Notes: generated from the letters alone by a model not told the origin. DNA of 42,634 bases from Bacteroidota bacterium (GCA_009908415.1 JAAAPH010000459.1:1-42634), one strand, 5' to 3'; shown: positions 16,265 through 26,270, counted from the first letter of the stretch. Numbers and translations are program-made.

Positions 16265-18388
16265 TCAGAAGGGAAGCCCATCGTCGGGCCTGTCGGCGTC
16301 GGACGGGACCGCGTCGTTGGGCGGCTCGTCCTCAGGCGCATCGTCCGGGACGCGCCCATTGAGTTGCTTTACGTCATCCGGAGCCTCCAGTTCGTCCGCG
16401 GCGTCGGCCTCGACGAGCTCGACCGGCTCCAGCACATCGTCCGGGATGCCCGTGATGAAACGGCTCGGGTCGGTCAGGTACTCGCCGCGGAAGCGCTGGT
16501 ACTTCAGCATCGGATACGAGATGAAGAGGTTCTCCTCCGCCCGCGTAATGGCCACGTAGAACAGGCGCAACTCTTCGTCCACGCCGCCTGGCTCTTTCAG
16601 GGCATACCGCGAGGGCAGGTTGCCCTCCAACGCCCGAATCAGGAAGACGGTGTGGAATTCGAGCCCTTTCGCCGAGTGGATCGTCGAGAGCACGAGCGGC
16701 GGCTCGTCTTCTTCCGCGCCGTCTTGGTCGAGCGCAGTGAGCTCGATGGGGTCGAGGGCGAGCTGCGCGAGGAACGTCTGGCGGTCGTCGTACGCTTCGG
16801 CAAGGCTCACGAAGTGCTCCAGGTCCGGTTCGCGCTTCGGATAGTCTTCGTAGTATGTCTTTTCGAAGAGGGGCCGGTAGTAGTTGAGCACGGCTTCCAC
16901 CTGCTCCACGAGCGCCTTGTCGGGATCGCGGATGGACCGCAGCGTGGCGAACAGCTTCTTGAGCGCGCTGATGTAGCGGTTGGAGAAGGGGCCGTTCTCG
17001 CTCGCCACGAACGGGTCGTCGGCCGCCTCCGTGGCCCACTCGATGAGATCGCGCGCCGTCTTCGGCCCGATACCGTGGAGCAGTTGCAGGATGCGATTCC
17101 AGGCCGCGGCGTCCATCGGGTTCTCGGCGACCTTCAAATGGGCGAGCACGTCTTTAATGTGCGCGGCTTCGCTCAGCTTCGTGCCGCCGTACTTCACGAA
17201 CGGGATGTTACGCTGGTTGAGGGCGACCTCCAGATCGTACGCGTTGTGGCTGCTGCGGAAGAGCACGGCGATGCGGTCGAGCGGCACGCCCTGCTCGCGG
17301 AGGCGGAGGATCATCTGCGCGACGAAGCGACTTTCCATCTGCGCGTCCGGGGCCGGAACGACGGCCGGCAGCTCGCCCTCTTGCTCCTCGCTGAACAGCG
17401 TCTTGTCGTACGACCGGTCCGCCTGCTCAATGACGTGGTTCGCCAGGTCGAGGATCGGCTGGGTGGAGCGGTAGTTCTGCTCCAGCTTCAGGATGGTGGT
17501 GTCCGGGTACTGATCGGGAAACTGGAAGATGTTGCGGAAGTCGGCCCCGCGGAAGCGGTAGATGCTCTGCGCGTCGTCGCCCACGACCATGACGTTGCCG
17601 TGCACGGAGGCGAACTGCCGGACGAGGTCGGCCTGGAGCGCGTTCGTGTCCTGGTACTCGTCGACGAGCACGTGGCGGCACCGCGCAGCCACTTTGTTGC
17701 GAACGGCGTCGCTCGCCTCGAACAGCTCCAGCGTGCGAAGGAGCAGGTCGTCGAAGTCCATGAGCGCGTGCGACTGCTTGTAGCCGCGGTATTCGCGCCG
17801 GAGCTGCTCCAGGTCGTCGTGCAGGTGCGTGAACTGCGGGTACTTATCGGCGAGCAGGTCGTCGAGCGAGGTGTCGCGGTTCGTGACCGCCGAGAACATC
17901 TTCTGCAGGGTGCCCTTGCGCGGAAAGCGCTCGTCGGATTGGTGATACCCCCCGCGCGATCGGAGCACGGAGAGCACGTCGGCGGCGTCGGCCGCGTCGA
18001 GGATGCTGAAGTTGTTTGGGAAGTCGATGACGTTGGCGTGGCGCCGCAGGATGCCGAGGCAGAAGGCGTGGAACGTACCGCCCTGCACGCGCTTGCAGCG
18101 GCCATCGAGAAGCGTGGCGGCGCGCGTCGTCATCTCGCGGGCGGCGCGGCGCGTGAAGGTGAGGAGCACGACCGACTCGGGCTTCGTGCCCGTCTCCACG
18201 AGGTAGGCGACGCGGTAGATGAGCGTGCGCGTCTTGCCCGTGCCGGCGCCCGCCACCACGAGCACCGGTCCGCCCGACGCGGTCGCCGCCGCATGCTGCT
18301 GAGGGTTCAGGTCGTCACGATAGTCGACGGTGAGGTCGTCCTGCGAAACCGGCGGGTCGTCCGAGCGGAGGACTATGCGACGTGCCAT
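16265..18388 (-). CDS. UvrD/PcrA/Rep family ATP-dependent DNA helicase with a long acidic C-terminal tail
   Basis: Walker A AGAGTGKTRTL, motif II VDEYQDTN, then YRFRGA, QNYRS, and the late motifs TIHSAKGLEF and YVAITRAE. The start is taken at MARRIVL (18388). The track start at 18442 is also possible. Confidence 0.9.
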   Translation of the reverse strand: MARRIVLRSDDPPVSQDDLTVDYRDDLNPQQHAAATASGGPVLVVAGAGTGKTRTLIYRVAYLVETGTKPESVVLLTFTRRAAREMTTRAATLLDGRCKRVQGGTFHAFCLGILRRHANVIDFPNNFSILDAADAADVLSVLRSRGGYHQSDERFPRKGTLQKMFSAVTNRDTSLDDLLADKYPQFTHLHDDLEQLRREYRGYKQSHALMDFDDLLLRTLELFEASDAVRNKVAARCRHVLVDEYQDTNALQADLVRQFASVHGNVMVVGDDAQSIYRFRGADFRNIFQFPDQYPDTTILKLEQNYRSTQPILDLANHVIEQADRSYDKTLFSEEQEGELPAVVPAPDAQMESRFVAQMILRLREQGVPLDRIAVLFRSSHNAYDLEVALNQRNIPFVKYGGTKLSEAAHIKDVLAHLKVAENPMDAAAWNRILQLLHGIGPKTARDLIEWATEAADDPFVASENGPFSNRYISALKKLFATLRSIRDPDKALVEQVEAVLNYYRPLFEKTYYEDYPKREPDLEHFVSLAEAYDDRQTFLAQLALDPIELTALDQDGAEEDEPPLVLSTIHSAKGLEFHTVFLIRALEGNLPSRYALKEPGGVDEELRLFYVAITRAEENLFISYPMLKYQRFRGEYLTDPSRFITGIPDDVLEPVELVEADAADELEAPDDVKQLNGRVPDDAPEDEPPNDAVPSDADRPDDGLPF

Positions 18389-18816
18389 GATATCGCGTGG
18401 TGCGCCTGAAGCATTCGATGGGGGTGCCCGCGGCCGGGCCATGAGCGCGCCCTGCGCCCCGAGGCAACATCCTCCGGAGCCAGTCAGTACGGCTCATGTA
18501 TTTACGCCGCAGTTTCCGAGGGGACGACGCCGGTACCACCGGGCGCCGACGGAAACTTCGCGCGACCGCGTGGAGCGTACCAACCACTGACGTGGCGTGA
18601 GTGATCCCCCCAGGACCTTTCTGCGGAAACGACGAATTGTGACGGTCGACACCGCCGCGGCACTAGCGCTCGTCCGTCATGCTTATTACCTTGCACGCAC
18701 GATCCCCTTCCGTACTTGCTGAAGCGTACCTTCGCGGATGGATGCGCGGCCTGCAGCACGCCGCCATCCCGGTTTACTCGGCCTGCTTTTGTAACCTTCA
18801 AGAGTCACAGCTTCCC

Positions 18817-19710
18817 ATGGGAAAAGTCATTGCGGTTGCCAACCAGAAAGGGGGCGTCGGCAAAACCACGACGTCGATCAACCTCGCTGCGTCGTTGGCT
18901 GCTACTGAGCATTCCACCCTGCTCATCGACATTGACCCGCAAGCCAACTGCACCTCGGGCATCGGGATCGAGCCCCAGAGCGTGACGTCGTCGATCTACG
19001 AAGTGCTCATCGGGGACGTGGCGGCGACCGACGCCGTGCGCGACACGGAGATGCCGTTCCTCGATATGGTGCCGAGCCACATCAACCTGGTCGGCGCCGA
19101 GATCGAGATGATCGATGTGATGGAGCGGGAAAAAATTTTGGATAATGCGCTCACCCGCATTCGCCGCAAGTACGACTTCGTCGTGATCGACTGCCCACCG
19201 TCGCTGGGCCTGCTGACGCTCAACTCGCTCACGGCGGCCAGTTCGGTCCTGATTCCCGTGCAGGCCGAGTATTTTGCGCTGGAGGGCCTCGGGCAGCTGC
19301 TGAACACGATCAAGATCGTCCGGCAACACCTGAATCCGGACCTGGAAATCGAGGGCGTGCTGCTGACCATGTTCGACACGCGGCTGCGGCTGTCGAATCA
19401 GGTGGCCCAGGAGGTGCGCCGCTACTTTGGGGACAAAGTGTTCGAGACCATCGTGCAGCGCAACGTGCGCGTCTCCGAGGCGCCGAGCTTCGGCAAGCCC
19501 GTGTTGCTGTACGATGCCACGAGCACCGGCTCTAAGAACTACATGGCCCTGGCGCGCGAAATTCTGGAGTCCAACCAGCAGTTCCTGCAATCACACGATG
19601 GCGAAACGAAGGAGGAGGCGTCGTCCTCGAACGGGAGCCCCGACAGCCTGCCCGACATCCCCGATCACCCGTCCAAAAGCTCGACGCCGGCGAACGGCTT
19701 CTCCCTGTAA
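18817..19710 (+). CDS. parA: Chromosome partitioning ATPase ParA/Soj
   Basis: [25 protein letters not shown] is the deviant Walker A. The start is at ATG 18817. There is a Ser/Asp/Pro-rich C-terminal extension of about 45 aa. Confidence 0.9.
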   Translation: MGKVIAVANQKGGVGKTTTSINLAASLAATEHSTLLIDIDPQANCTSGIGIEPQSVTSSIYEVLIGDVAATDAVRDTEMPFLDMVPSHINLVGAEIEMIDVMEREKILDNALTRIRRKYDFVVIDCPPSLGLLTLNSLTAASSVLIPVQAEYFALEGLGQLLNTIKIVRQHLNPDLEIEGVLLTMFDTRLRLSNQVAQEVRRYFGDKVFETIVQRNVRVSEAPSFGKPVLLYDATSTGSKNYMALAREILESNQQFLQSHDGETKEEASSSNGSPDSLPDIPDHPSKSSTPANGFSL

Positions 19711-19774
19711 GCCGACGCCCTTTTGGGCCTCCACGGCCGCTCGCTTCGCGCTTTTTCGCTAACGACTTGTTCGC

Positions 19775-20743
19775 ATGGCTTCCAAGAAATCAGCACTCGG
19801 CAAAGGCCTCAGCGCCCTTCTTCCTTCCGAAGAGCAGGACGACCGCTCGGAGGCCGAAAAGGAGAGTGGCGACCTGTCTAAGAGCCAACTCTACCGCTTC
19901 GAGGACAAGGAGCGGTTGCGGCGGCGCGTGGCAGACATCGAGCTCGACAACATCCGCCCGAACCCGTATCAGCCGCGCCAGGAGTTTAACGACGAGGCCT
20001 TGGACGAGCTCGCCGCCTCCATCGAACAGCTCGGCATCATCCAGCCGATCACGGTGCGCGCGCTGGGCGAGGGCCAGTTCGAGATCATCTCGGGCGAGCG
20101 TCGGCTCCGTGCGGCGCGGCGAGCCGACCTCGAACGCGTGCCCGCTTTCATCCGCGAGGCGAACTCCGAGCAGATGCTGGAGATGGCCCTTGTGGAAAAC
20201 GTACAGCGCGAGGAGCTCAACCCCATCGAGGTGGCCCTCGGCTACAAACGCCTGCTGGAGGAATGCGGGCTGACGCAGGAAGAGGTCGCCGAGAAGGTGA
20301 GCAAGAGCCGCGCCTCGGTCGCCAACTTTCTCCGCTTGCTGCGGCTGCCGCCCCGCATTCAGGCGGCCCTGCGCGACAAGCAAGTGTCGATGGGGCACGC
20401 TCGTGCGCTCATCACCATCGATGATCAGGACGTGCAGGTCGAACTGCTGGAAACCACCATCGAGGAAGACCTTTCGGTGCGCGAGGTGGAGCGCCGCGTC
20501 CGTACCCGGCGCGAGGCCCAGGCGGAAGGCGATGAGCCGGACCCGGAGGCCCCGGAACCGACGGCGGACAACGCCCGGCCGGACCGCGACGCCCTCCAGT
20601 TGGAAGCGTACCGCGATCAGCTGCGCTCTTTCTTGAGCACGCAGGTCAAAATCAAGCACAAGTCCGACGGAGAAGGCCACATCGAGATTTCGTACTACTC
20701 GGAGGAGGACCTGGAGCGGCTGCTCGAGATGATGCTCGATTAG
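19775..20743 (+). CDS. parB: Chromosome partitioning protein ParB/Spo0J
   Basis: NPYQPRQEF, the arginine patch ISGERRLRAA, an HTH segment LTQEEVAEKVSKSRASVANFLRLL, and a C-terminal dimerisation region. Confidence 0.9.
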   Translation: MASKKSALGKGLSALLPSEEQDDRSEAEKESGDLSKSQLYRFEDKERLRRRVADIELDNIRPNPYQPRQEFNDEALDELAASIEQLGIIQPITVRALGEGQFEIISGERRLRAARRADLERVPAFIREANSEQMLEMALVENVQREELNPIEVALGYKRLLEECGLTQEEVAEKVSKSRASVANFLRLLRLPPRIQAALRDKQVSMGHARALITIDDQDVQVELLETTIEEDLSVREVERRVRTRREAQAEGDEPDPEAPEPTADNARPDRDALQLEAYRDQLRSFLSTQVKIKHKSDGEGHIEISYYSEEDLERLLEMMLD

Positions 20744-20783
20744 CATACACTCTGGGATTTGCGCGGAGCATCCGTGATCGCAC

Positions 20784-21437
20784 GTGAGTAGTTGGCTCTC
20801 CTTACCGGCACGCAACACACGCCACCGCAGCGGCCCCCCGTATAGTTCGCTGCGTTTCGTCTTCCTGATCGCGCTCTTCATCGGGGGCAGTTTGGGCTTC
20901 TCTGCCCCCACGTCGGCCCAGCCTGACAGCACGCGGCGCGCCATTCTTCGCGCCAAGGGGCTCCCTCCCACGCACACGCCCCGGCGGGCTGTGATCCGGG
21001 CACTCGCCGCCCCCGGATGGGGCCAGTTTTACAACCGTCAGTACTACAAGATGCCCTTCGTGTATGCAGGGCTGGCGGGACTCACCGCCGCCGTCATCGT
21101 TTCTAACGATCGGTACCTCCTCTACCGCCACGCCGCGCTGTACAAGCAAAACGAAGGAACGACGCCCAATCCCTACGCCCAGTTCGAAGACGAATACCGA
21201 CGGCTCGAATCGCAGATCGGCGGTGAAATTCGTGCGAATGTCCTCCGTCAACAGCGGGATAAGTTCCGGCGGTACCGTGACCTTTCCGTCGTTGGCGTCG
21301 GCTTATTCTATGCCTTATCGGTCCTCGATGCCTATGTGAGTGCGCACTTGCTTACCTTTGATGTAGACGAAAACCTGTCGATGCACGTAGCCCCAGCTTC
21401 TCACGGAATCACCGCTCGCCTTCGGTGGCGACTCTGA
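20784..21437 (+). CDS. DUF5683 domain membrane protein
   Basis: APGWGQFYNRQYYKMPFVYAGLAG and a position directly after parB match the arrangement usual in Bacteroidota. GTG start, uncertain. Confidence 0.65.
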   Translation: MSSWLSLPARNTRHRSGPPYSSLRFVFLIALFIGGSLGFSAPTSAQPDSTRRAILRAKGLPPTHTPRRAVIRALAAPGWGQFYNRQYYKMPFVYAGLAGLTAAVIVSNDRYLLYRHAALYKQNEGTTPNPYAQFEDEYRRLESQIGGEIRANVLRQQRDKFRRYRDLSVVGVGLFYALSVLDAYVSAHLLTFDVDENLSMHVAPASHGITARLRWRL

Positions 21438-21634
21438 TAGAAGCCCGCGCTCCACGCTGAACATTGCCTTCGGTGGACCGTTGCATCCGGCAAATTTTAA
21501 CAGCCGGACACCGCTTTGAAGCTTCCGCGCGGACGGACGAGGATCGCCGCCCCACATGTGCTGCAAGCCCATGAAAATCCCCGTCTAGCGTAGCGCACAC
21601 CCTCTGCCCCCCGCCGTCACACCCCAATCTCGCC

Positions 21635-22789
21635 ATGGCGCATATTGCATATGCACTTAGTGGACAAGGGCGTGGTCACACGTCGCGCGCGATGGCGATC
21701 ACGGCCGCACTGCGCGCGTGCAACCATACCGTAACGTTTTGTGGAGGCGGCACTGCGCAGCGCATCCTGGAGGAGGAAGGCGAGCAGGTCATTGCCGTGC
21801 CGGCGCTGCGCCAGATTATGGAGGCCAATCGCATCCAGTATGGCAAGACGATCCGCTGCAATAGTAAGATTCTGCTCCAGATGCCGGCCGTTCTCGACCG
21901 GCTGACCGCTGCGTTCGAGGCGCAACAGCCGGATCTGCTGATCACGGACTTCGAAGCGTTCTCGGCCCGCGCCGCCGCGCGCATGGGCTTGCCCATTCTT
22001 TCGTTCAATCATCAGCAGGTGGTCACCGAGATGGAGTACGACCTGCCGATGGCCCACTGGCCGGCCGCCGCCCTGGCGTCGGCCGCCATTCGGTGGATTG
22101 CGCCCAGCCACCCGGAGCACGTGCTTCTCACGTCGTTTTTCTTCGCGCCCCTCACCCACCCGGACCGGACGACGTTGGTGCCCCCGATCATCCGGCCGGC
22201 CGTGCAGGCTCGAACGCCTACGCACGGCGAGCACGTGCTGGTGTACTACAATCACCCCGATGGGATGCGCCACGTGCTCGACACGCTGCGGGCGGTTGAT
22301 ACCCCCTTCATCGTGTACTGCGGCGATGCGCCCGACGACGTGACCTGTGACGACGACCATATTACGATAAAACCACCCTCGCTCGACGGCTTCCTCGACG
22401 ACCTTGCCGCCAGCCGGGGCGTGATCTGCACGGCCGGCTTTACGCTGATTAGCGAGGCGCTGTACCTCGGCAAGCCGTTGCTCGTGGCCCCCAATCACGG
22501 CATCTTTGAGCAGACCCTCAACGCGCTTTTTCTGCAGCGCGAAGGCCTCGGTCGAGCCGTGCTGGATCGTCCCCTCACCCCGCATGATGTGAAGGACTTC
22601 TTAAAACAACGGGCCTCATACCGCGCACGGCTCTCCGATTACGAGCGGTGCGGGAACCATCAAGCGATAGAGTGTATTGAGGACATCCTCATGCGCACAG
22701 ATTCCTTTTCGTCTTCGTCGCGCCGCTCCACTTTTTCCGCCTCCGATGCCGCGGGGGTTGCGGTACAATCGCCTCCGGAATCGCCGTGA
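21635..22789 (+). CDS. Glycosyltransferase, GT-B fold (MJ1255/UDP-glycosyltransferase-like family)
   Basis: The N-terminus MAHIAYALSGQGRGHTSRAMAI is typical of this family. A C-terminal nucleotide-sugar binding-like region is VICTAGFTLISEALYLGKPLLVAP. Confidence 0.75.
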   Translation: MAHIAYALSGQGRGHTSRAMAITAALRACNHTVTFCGGGTAQRILEEEGEQVIAVPALRQIMEANRIQYGKTIRCNSKILLQMPAVLDRLTAAFEAQQPDLLITDFEAFSARAAARMGLPILSFNHQQVVTEMEYDLPMAHWPAAALASAAIRWIAPSHPEHVLLTSFFFAPLTHPDRTTLVPPIIRPAVQARTPTHGEHVLVYYNHPDGMRHVLDTLRAVDTPFIVYCGDAPDDVTCDDDHITIKPPSLDGFLDDLAASRGVICTAGFTLISEALYLGKPLLVAPNHGIFEQTLNALFLQREGLGRAVLDRPLTPHDVKDFLKQRASYRARLSDYERCGNHQAIECIEDILMRTDSFSSSSRRSTFSASDAAGVAVQSPPESP

Positions 22790-22860
22790 ATGTGCGGCCT
22801 CCCCGCTCGACAGCTCCCCCTTGACCGCCTGTTTTCACGCATTAGATGTGAGCACGTATT

Positions 22861-24192
22861 ATGACGAACCCTGACTTCCAACGGCAATCGGAAGAGAGCA
22901 CCCCTTCTGATGAGAGTGCCTCACAAACCTCCGTTGCCTCCACGCCCCCCCTGTTCGAGAAGTGCCACCGCTTCTTCGACCCCTCGGGCGACTATGCACA
23001 AGTCAAACAGGCGGACCTCTACCCCTACTTCCGCCCGATCGAGCGCAACGAAGGCTCCCGCGCCATCATGAATGGCGACGAGGTCATCATGGCTGGGTCC
23101 AACAACTACCTGGGCCTCACGTCCGATCCGCGAGTGAAAGCGGCCGCGCAGGAAGCCGTTGAGAAGTACGGCACAGGCTGCACCGGCAGCCGCTTCTTGA
23201 ACGGCACGCTCGACCTGCACCTACAGCTGGAAGAGCGGCTGGCCGATTTCATGGGGAAGGACAAAGCCGTCCTCTTCTCCACGGGCTACATGACGAACGA
23301 GGGGGTGGTCTCGGCGCTCGCGGGCCGCAACGACATCATCTTCTCGGACAAGGACAACCACGCCTGCATCGTTTCGGGGACGAAGATCAGCATGGCGGAG
23401 ACGCGCCGCTACCGCCACAACGACCTTGACCATCTGCGGCAGATGCTGGAGCGCGCCCACGCGCAGAAGCCCGACGCCGGAAAGCTGATTGCCACGGACG
23501 GCGTCTTCTCAATGAGCGGCAAGATTGCCCGGGTCCCGGAGCTGCTGGAGCTCGCCAACGAGTTCAATGCAGCCCTCATGCTCGATGACGCGCATGCGAT
23601 CGGGGTGATTGGTCCCGGCGGCACCGGATCGGCCGCGACCTTCGGCCTCAAGGAGGATGTGCACGTGATCACGGGCACGTTCTCGAAAAGCTTCTCTTCG
23701 CTCGGCGGCTTTGCCGTTGGCGACCGGGACGTGATCGAGTACATCCGCCACGAGAGCTCGCCGCACATCTTCAGCGCGTCGATGCCACCGGCCAACGTAG
23801 CCACCGTGCTGAAGTGCCTCGACATCCTGCACGATGAACCCGAGCGGCTGGAGCGGCTGTGGGAGATCTCGGACTATATGCGCGAGGGCTTCCGCAATCT
23901 GGGCTTCGACGTGTGGGACAGCGAGTCGCCCATCATTCCGGTCGTCGTTGGTGACATGAAAACGTGCTTCACCTTCTGGCGCGACCTCCTCGAACAAGGC
24001 GTGTTCGTGAACGCCGTGGTGCCGCCGGCCGTGCCGAAAGGCCAGGCCCTCATGCGCACCTCGTACATGGCCACGCATACCGACGACGAACTCGACCAGA
24101 TTCTGGAAGCGTTCCACCGCGTAGGGCAGAAGCACGGCGTCATCGGCATCAATGGCGCCGACAGTCCCTCGCCGAACGGGACCGGCCACTGA
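22861..24192 (+). CDS. Alpha-oxoamine synthase family PLP enzyme (serine palmitoyltransferase / 8-amino-7-oxononanoate synthase-like)
   Basis: GSNNYLGL, GCTGSRFLNGT, DDAHAIG and the PLP-lysine motif GTFSKSFSSLGG. There is an acidic N-terminal extension of about 40 aa. Confidence 0.85.
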   Translation: MTNPDFQRQSEESTPSDESASQTSVASTPPLFEKCHRFFDPSGDYAQVKQADLYPYFRPIERNEGSRAIMNGDEVIMAGSNNYLGLTSDPRVKAAAQEAVEKYGTGCTGSRFLNGTLDLHLQLEERLADFMGKDKAVLFSTGYMTNEGVVSALAGRNDIIFSDKDNHACIVSGTKISMAETRRYRHNDLDHLRQMLERAHAQKPDAGKLIATDGVFSMSGKIARVPELLELANEFNAALMLDDAHAIGVIGPGGTGSAATFGLKEDVHVITGTFSKSFSSLGGFAVGDRDVIEYIRHESSPHIFSASMPPANVATVLKCLDILHDEPERLERLWEISDYMREGFRNLGFDVWDSESPIIPVVVGDMKTCFTFWRDLLEQGVFVNAVVPPAVPKGQALMRTSYMATHTDDELDQILEAFHRVGQKHGVIGINGADSPSPNGTGH

Positions 24193-24223
24193 TCCTCCAG
24201 CGGTTCCTCGGGGCCTCACGATG

Positions 24224-24256
24224 AGAAACGCCACCGATTCTTTCGGTGGCGTTTCT
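24224..24256 (+). terminator. Hairpin terminator after the oxoamine synthase gene
   Basis: A perfect 14-bp stem (agaaacgccaccga / tcggtggcgtttct) with a 5-nt loop, 32 nt after the stop. It lies inside the 5' extension of track ORF 24152, which argues for the downstream start at 24299. Confidence 0.6.
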
Positions 24257-24298
24257 TACGTTGTGCCCTACCCCGCTCTTTTCCCAAGCCCCCTCGCT

Positions 24299-25441
24299 AT
24301 GCCCCCCTCTTCGGTCTCCGTCCGCCCCGTCACCACCCGCTCCGGCCGCAAACGGTTTATCGACTTTCCGTACGCGTTCTACCAGGACTACCCGCACTGG
24401 GTACCGCCCCTGCGGCAGGACGTGAAGAAGACGCTGAACACGCGCAAGAATGCATTCTTCGACCACGGCGCGATCCAGCTCTTTTTGGCCGAGGACGCGT
24501 CGGGGTCGGTCGTGGGCCGGATCGCGGGCATCGTCAATGGGATGCACCTGCAGAAGTATGACGACGGCGTGGGCTTCTTCGGCTTCTTCGAATGCGTGGA
24601 GGACGCCACCGTGGCCGGGGCGCTGTTTGATGCTGCCGGCACGTGGCTCCGCGAGCAAGGCCTCACGGGCATGCGCGGCCCGGCCAATCCCTCGCTCAAC
24701 GACACGGCCGGTCTGCTGGTGGACGGCTTCAACAGCGACCCGTCGATCCTCATGCCGTACAACCCGCCTTATTACGAGGACCTGTTCGTGACGCACGGCT
24801 TCGAGCGCGCGATGACGATGTGGGCGTACTACGTGCACAAGAAGTATGTGCAGACCGATAAGCTACGACGCGGCGCGCAGCTCGTGAAGCGCCGCACGCC
24901 CGGCCTGGCCCTCCGTACACTTGACATGGACCGGTTCGAGGAGGAGGCGCGGACCATTCTCGACATTTACAACGACGCCTGGGAAAACAACTGGGGGCAC
25001 GTTCCCATGACGGACGCCGAGTTTGACCAGCTCGCCCACGACCTCCGGCAAATCGTGGATCCCGAAATGGTATTCCTCCTCGAACATGAGGGAACCCCGG
25101 TGGCATTTTCCATCTCCCTGCCCAACCTGAATCAGGCCCTGCAGCACGTGAGCGACGGGCGCCTTTTCCCGCTGGGCCTGCCCAAGCTCCTGGCCTACGC
25201 GCAGTTCGGCGGCATCTACGAAGTGCGGATGCCACTCATGGGTGTGCGCAAGGAGTATCAGGGCCGGGCACTCGATTCGCTGCTCGTGCTGGCCACCATC
25301 GAAAACGGCCCGCCCAACGGATACGACGCCTGCGAGATGAGCTGGGTGCTCGACACGAACCGTCGCCTCATCAACGCCATCGAATCAGTCGGCGCCGCGG
25401 TCGATAAGGAGTACGCGATGTTCGAGAGGCCGCTCGGATAA
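24299..25441 (+). CDS. Large GNAT-fold acyltransferase-like protein of unknown specificity
   Basis: 381 aa. The conserved-looking blocks are FFGFFE, MRGPANPSLNDTAGLLVDGF, WENNWGHVPMT and GVRKEYQGRALDSLL (an acyl-CoA-binding-like R/Q-x-x-G-x-A). Family assignment is by resemblance only. Confidence 0.55.
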   Translation: MPPSSVSVRPVTTRSGRKRFIDFPYAFYQDYPHWVPPLRQDVKKTLNTRKNAFFDHGAIQLFLAEDASGSVVGRIAGIVNGMHLQKYDDGVGFFGFFECVEDATVAGALFDAAGTWLREQGLTGMRGPANPSLNDTAGLLVDGFNSDPSILMPYNPPYYEDLFVTHGFERAMTMWAYYVHKKYVQTDKLRRGAQLVKRRTPGLALRTLDMDRFEEEARTILDIYNDAWENNWGHVPMTDAEFDQLAHDLRQIVDPEMVFLLEHEGTPVAFSISLPNLNQALQHVSDGRLFPLGLPKLLAYAQFGGIYEVRMPLMGVRKEYQGRALDSLLVLATIENGPPNGYDACEMSWVLDTNRRLINAIESVGAAVDKEYAMFERPLG

Positions 25442-25571
25442 AACGCGACGAGGAGCCGAAGAATCGGACGCTAATTTCCCCTTTCCTCGTCTCTTCGCTT
25501 TCTCGTTTCTGTCGCGTTGCTCACGCAACTTCACCGAGGATACTCATCCCCTGCATTGACCCAGTGCCCCC

Positions 25572-26270
25572 GTGGATATCCGTTTCGTCTACTTCGATCT
25601 CGACGACACGCTGCTCGACCATCGTCACGCCGAACGGGCTGCCCTGTTGGACGTGCGGACGACCTTTGCCGAGCCCTTTGCTGGCCTGGACGATACGACG
25701 ATTCACGAGACGTACCGTGCGTGCAGCATGCCCCTGTGGCGGCAGTACGCGGCCGGCGCCATCGAAAAGACCGACCTCAAGCGTGGACGCTTTGAGCAGC
25801 TGCTGGCGGAGCTCGACATCGACACGTTGGATGCGCAGACGGTGAGCGATCATTACCTTCGCCGCTACGCCTCACATTGGCGCTTTGTGGAGGGGGCACG
25901 GCGCGCGTTCCTGCACGTCGCGGACCGGTTCCCGGTGGGCGTACTGACGAACGGATTCGCTGAGATCCAAACCCAAAAGCTGGATCAGTTTCCGATGCTT
26001 CGCGACCGCACGGAAGCGGTGGTGATCAGTGAGGAGACCGGCTACATGAAACCCCACCCGCAGGTGTTCAATCACGCGGCCGACGCCGCCGACACGCCCC
26101 CTGACCGCATTCTGTACGTGGGCGACTCGTACCACTCCGACGTACAGGGTGGGCGGGCAGCCGGCTGGCAGGTCGCCTGGTTCACGCGCAACGGGCACGG
26201 CGGGGCGGCCGAGGAGGCCCCGCGCCTCACCTTCGACACGTGGGATATGCTGCTTGACCGCCTGCGGTAG
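25572..26270 (+). CDS. HAD-superfamily hydrolase (subfamily IA-like)
   Basis: Motif I FDLDDTLLD, motif II-like VLTNG, motif IV VGDSYHSDVQGG. GTG start. Confidence 0.8.
   Translation: MDIRFVYFDLDDTLLDHRHAERAALLDVRTTFAEPFAGLDDTTIHETYRACSMPLWRQYAAGAIEKTDLKRGRFEQLLAELDIDTLDAQTVSDHYLRRYASHWRFVEGARRAFLHVADRFPVGVLTNGFAEIQTQKLDQFPMLRDRTEAVVISEETGYMKPHPQVFNHAADAADTPPDRILYVGDSYHSDVQGGRAAGWQVAWFTRNGHGGAAEEAPRLTFDTWDMLLDRLR

Noticed and set aside
16364-18409. A 681-aa ORF on the plus strand. Similar long ORFs occur at 638-1813(-), 3655-4884(+), 6022-7278(-), 7307-8740(-), 19790-20977(-), 27313-28836(+), 33946-35787(-), 14588-15658(+) and 15351-16559(+).
   Set aside because: All lie antisense to, or out of frame with, genes that have clear conserved motifs. 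Their products are Arg/Gly/Ala/Pro-rich with no motifs. These are the classic shadow ORFs of GC-rich DNA, where stop codons are rare.
18511-18557. An 8-bp inverted repeat (agtttccg / cggaaact) in the uvrD-parA divergent region, considered as a possible operator or parS-like site.
   Set aside because: It is short, has an imperfect GC-rich interior and shows no similarity to known sites. It is within chance expectation for this composition.
20775-20792. A possible parS site (gatcgcacgtgagtag) just after parB, plus the other CACGTG cores in the window.
   Set aside because: Only the CACGTG core matches the TGTTTCACGTGAAACA consensus and the flanks do not. No convincing parS was found by eye.
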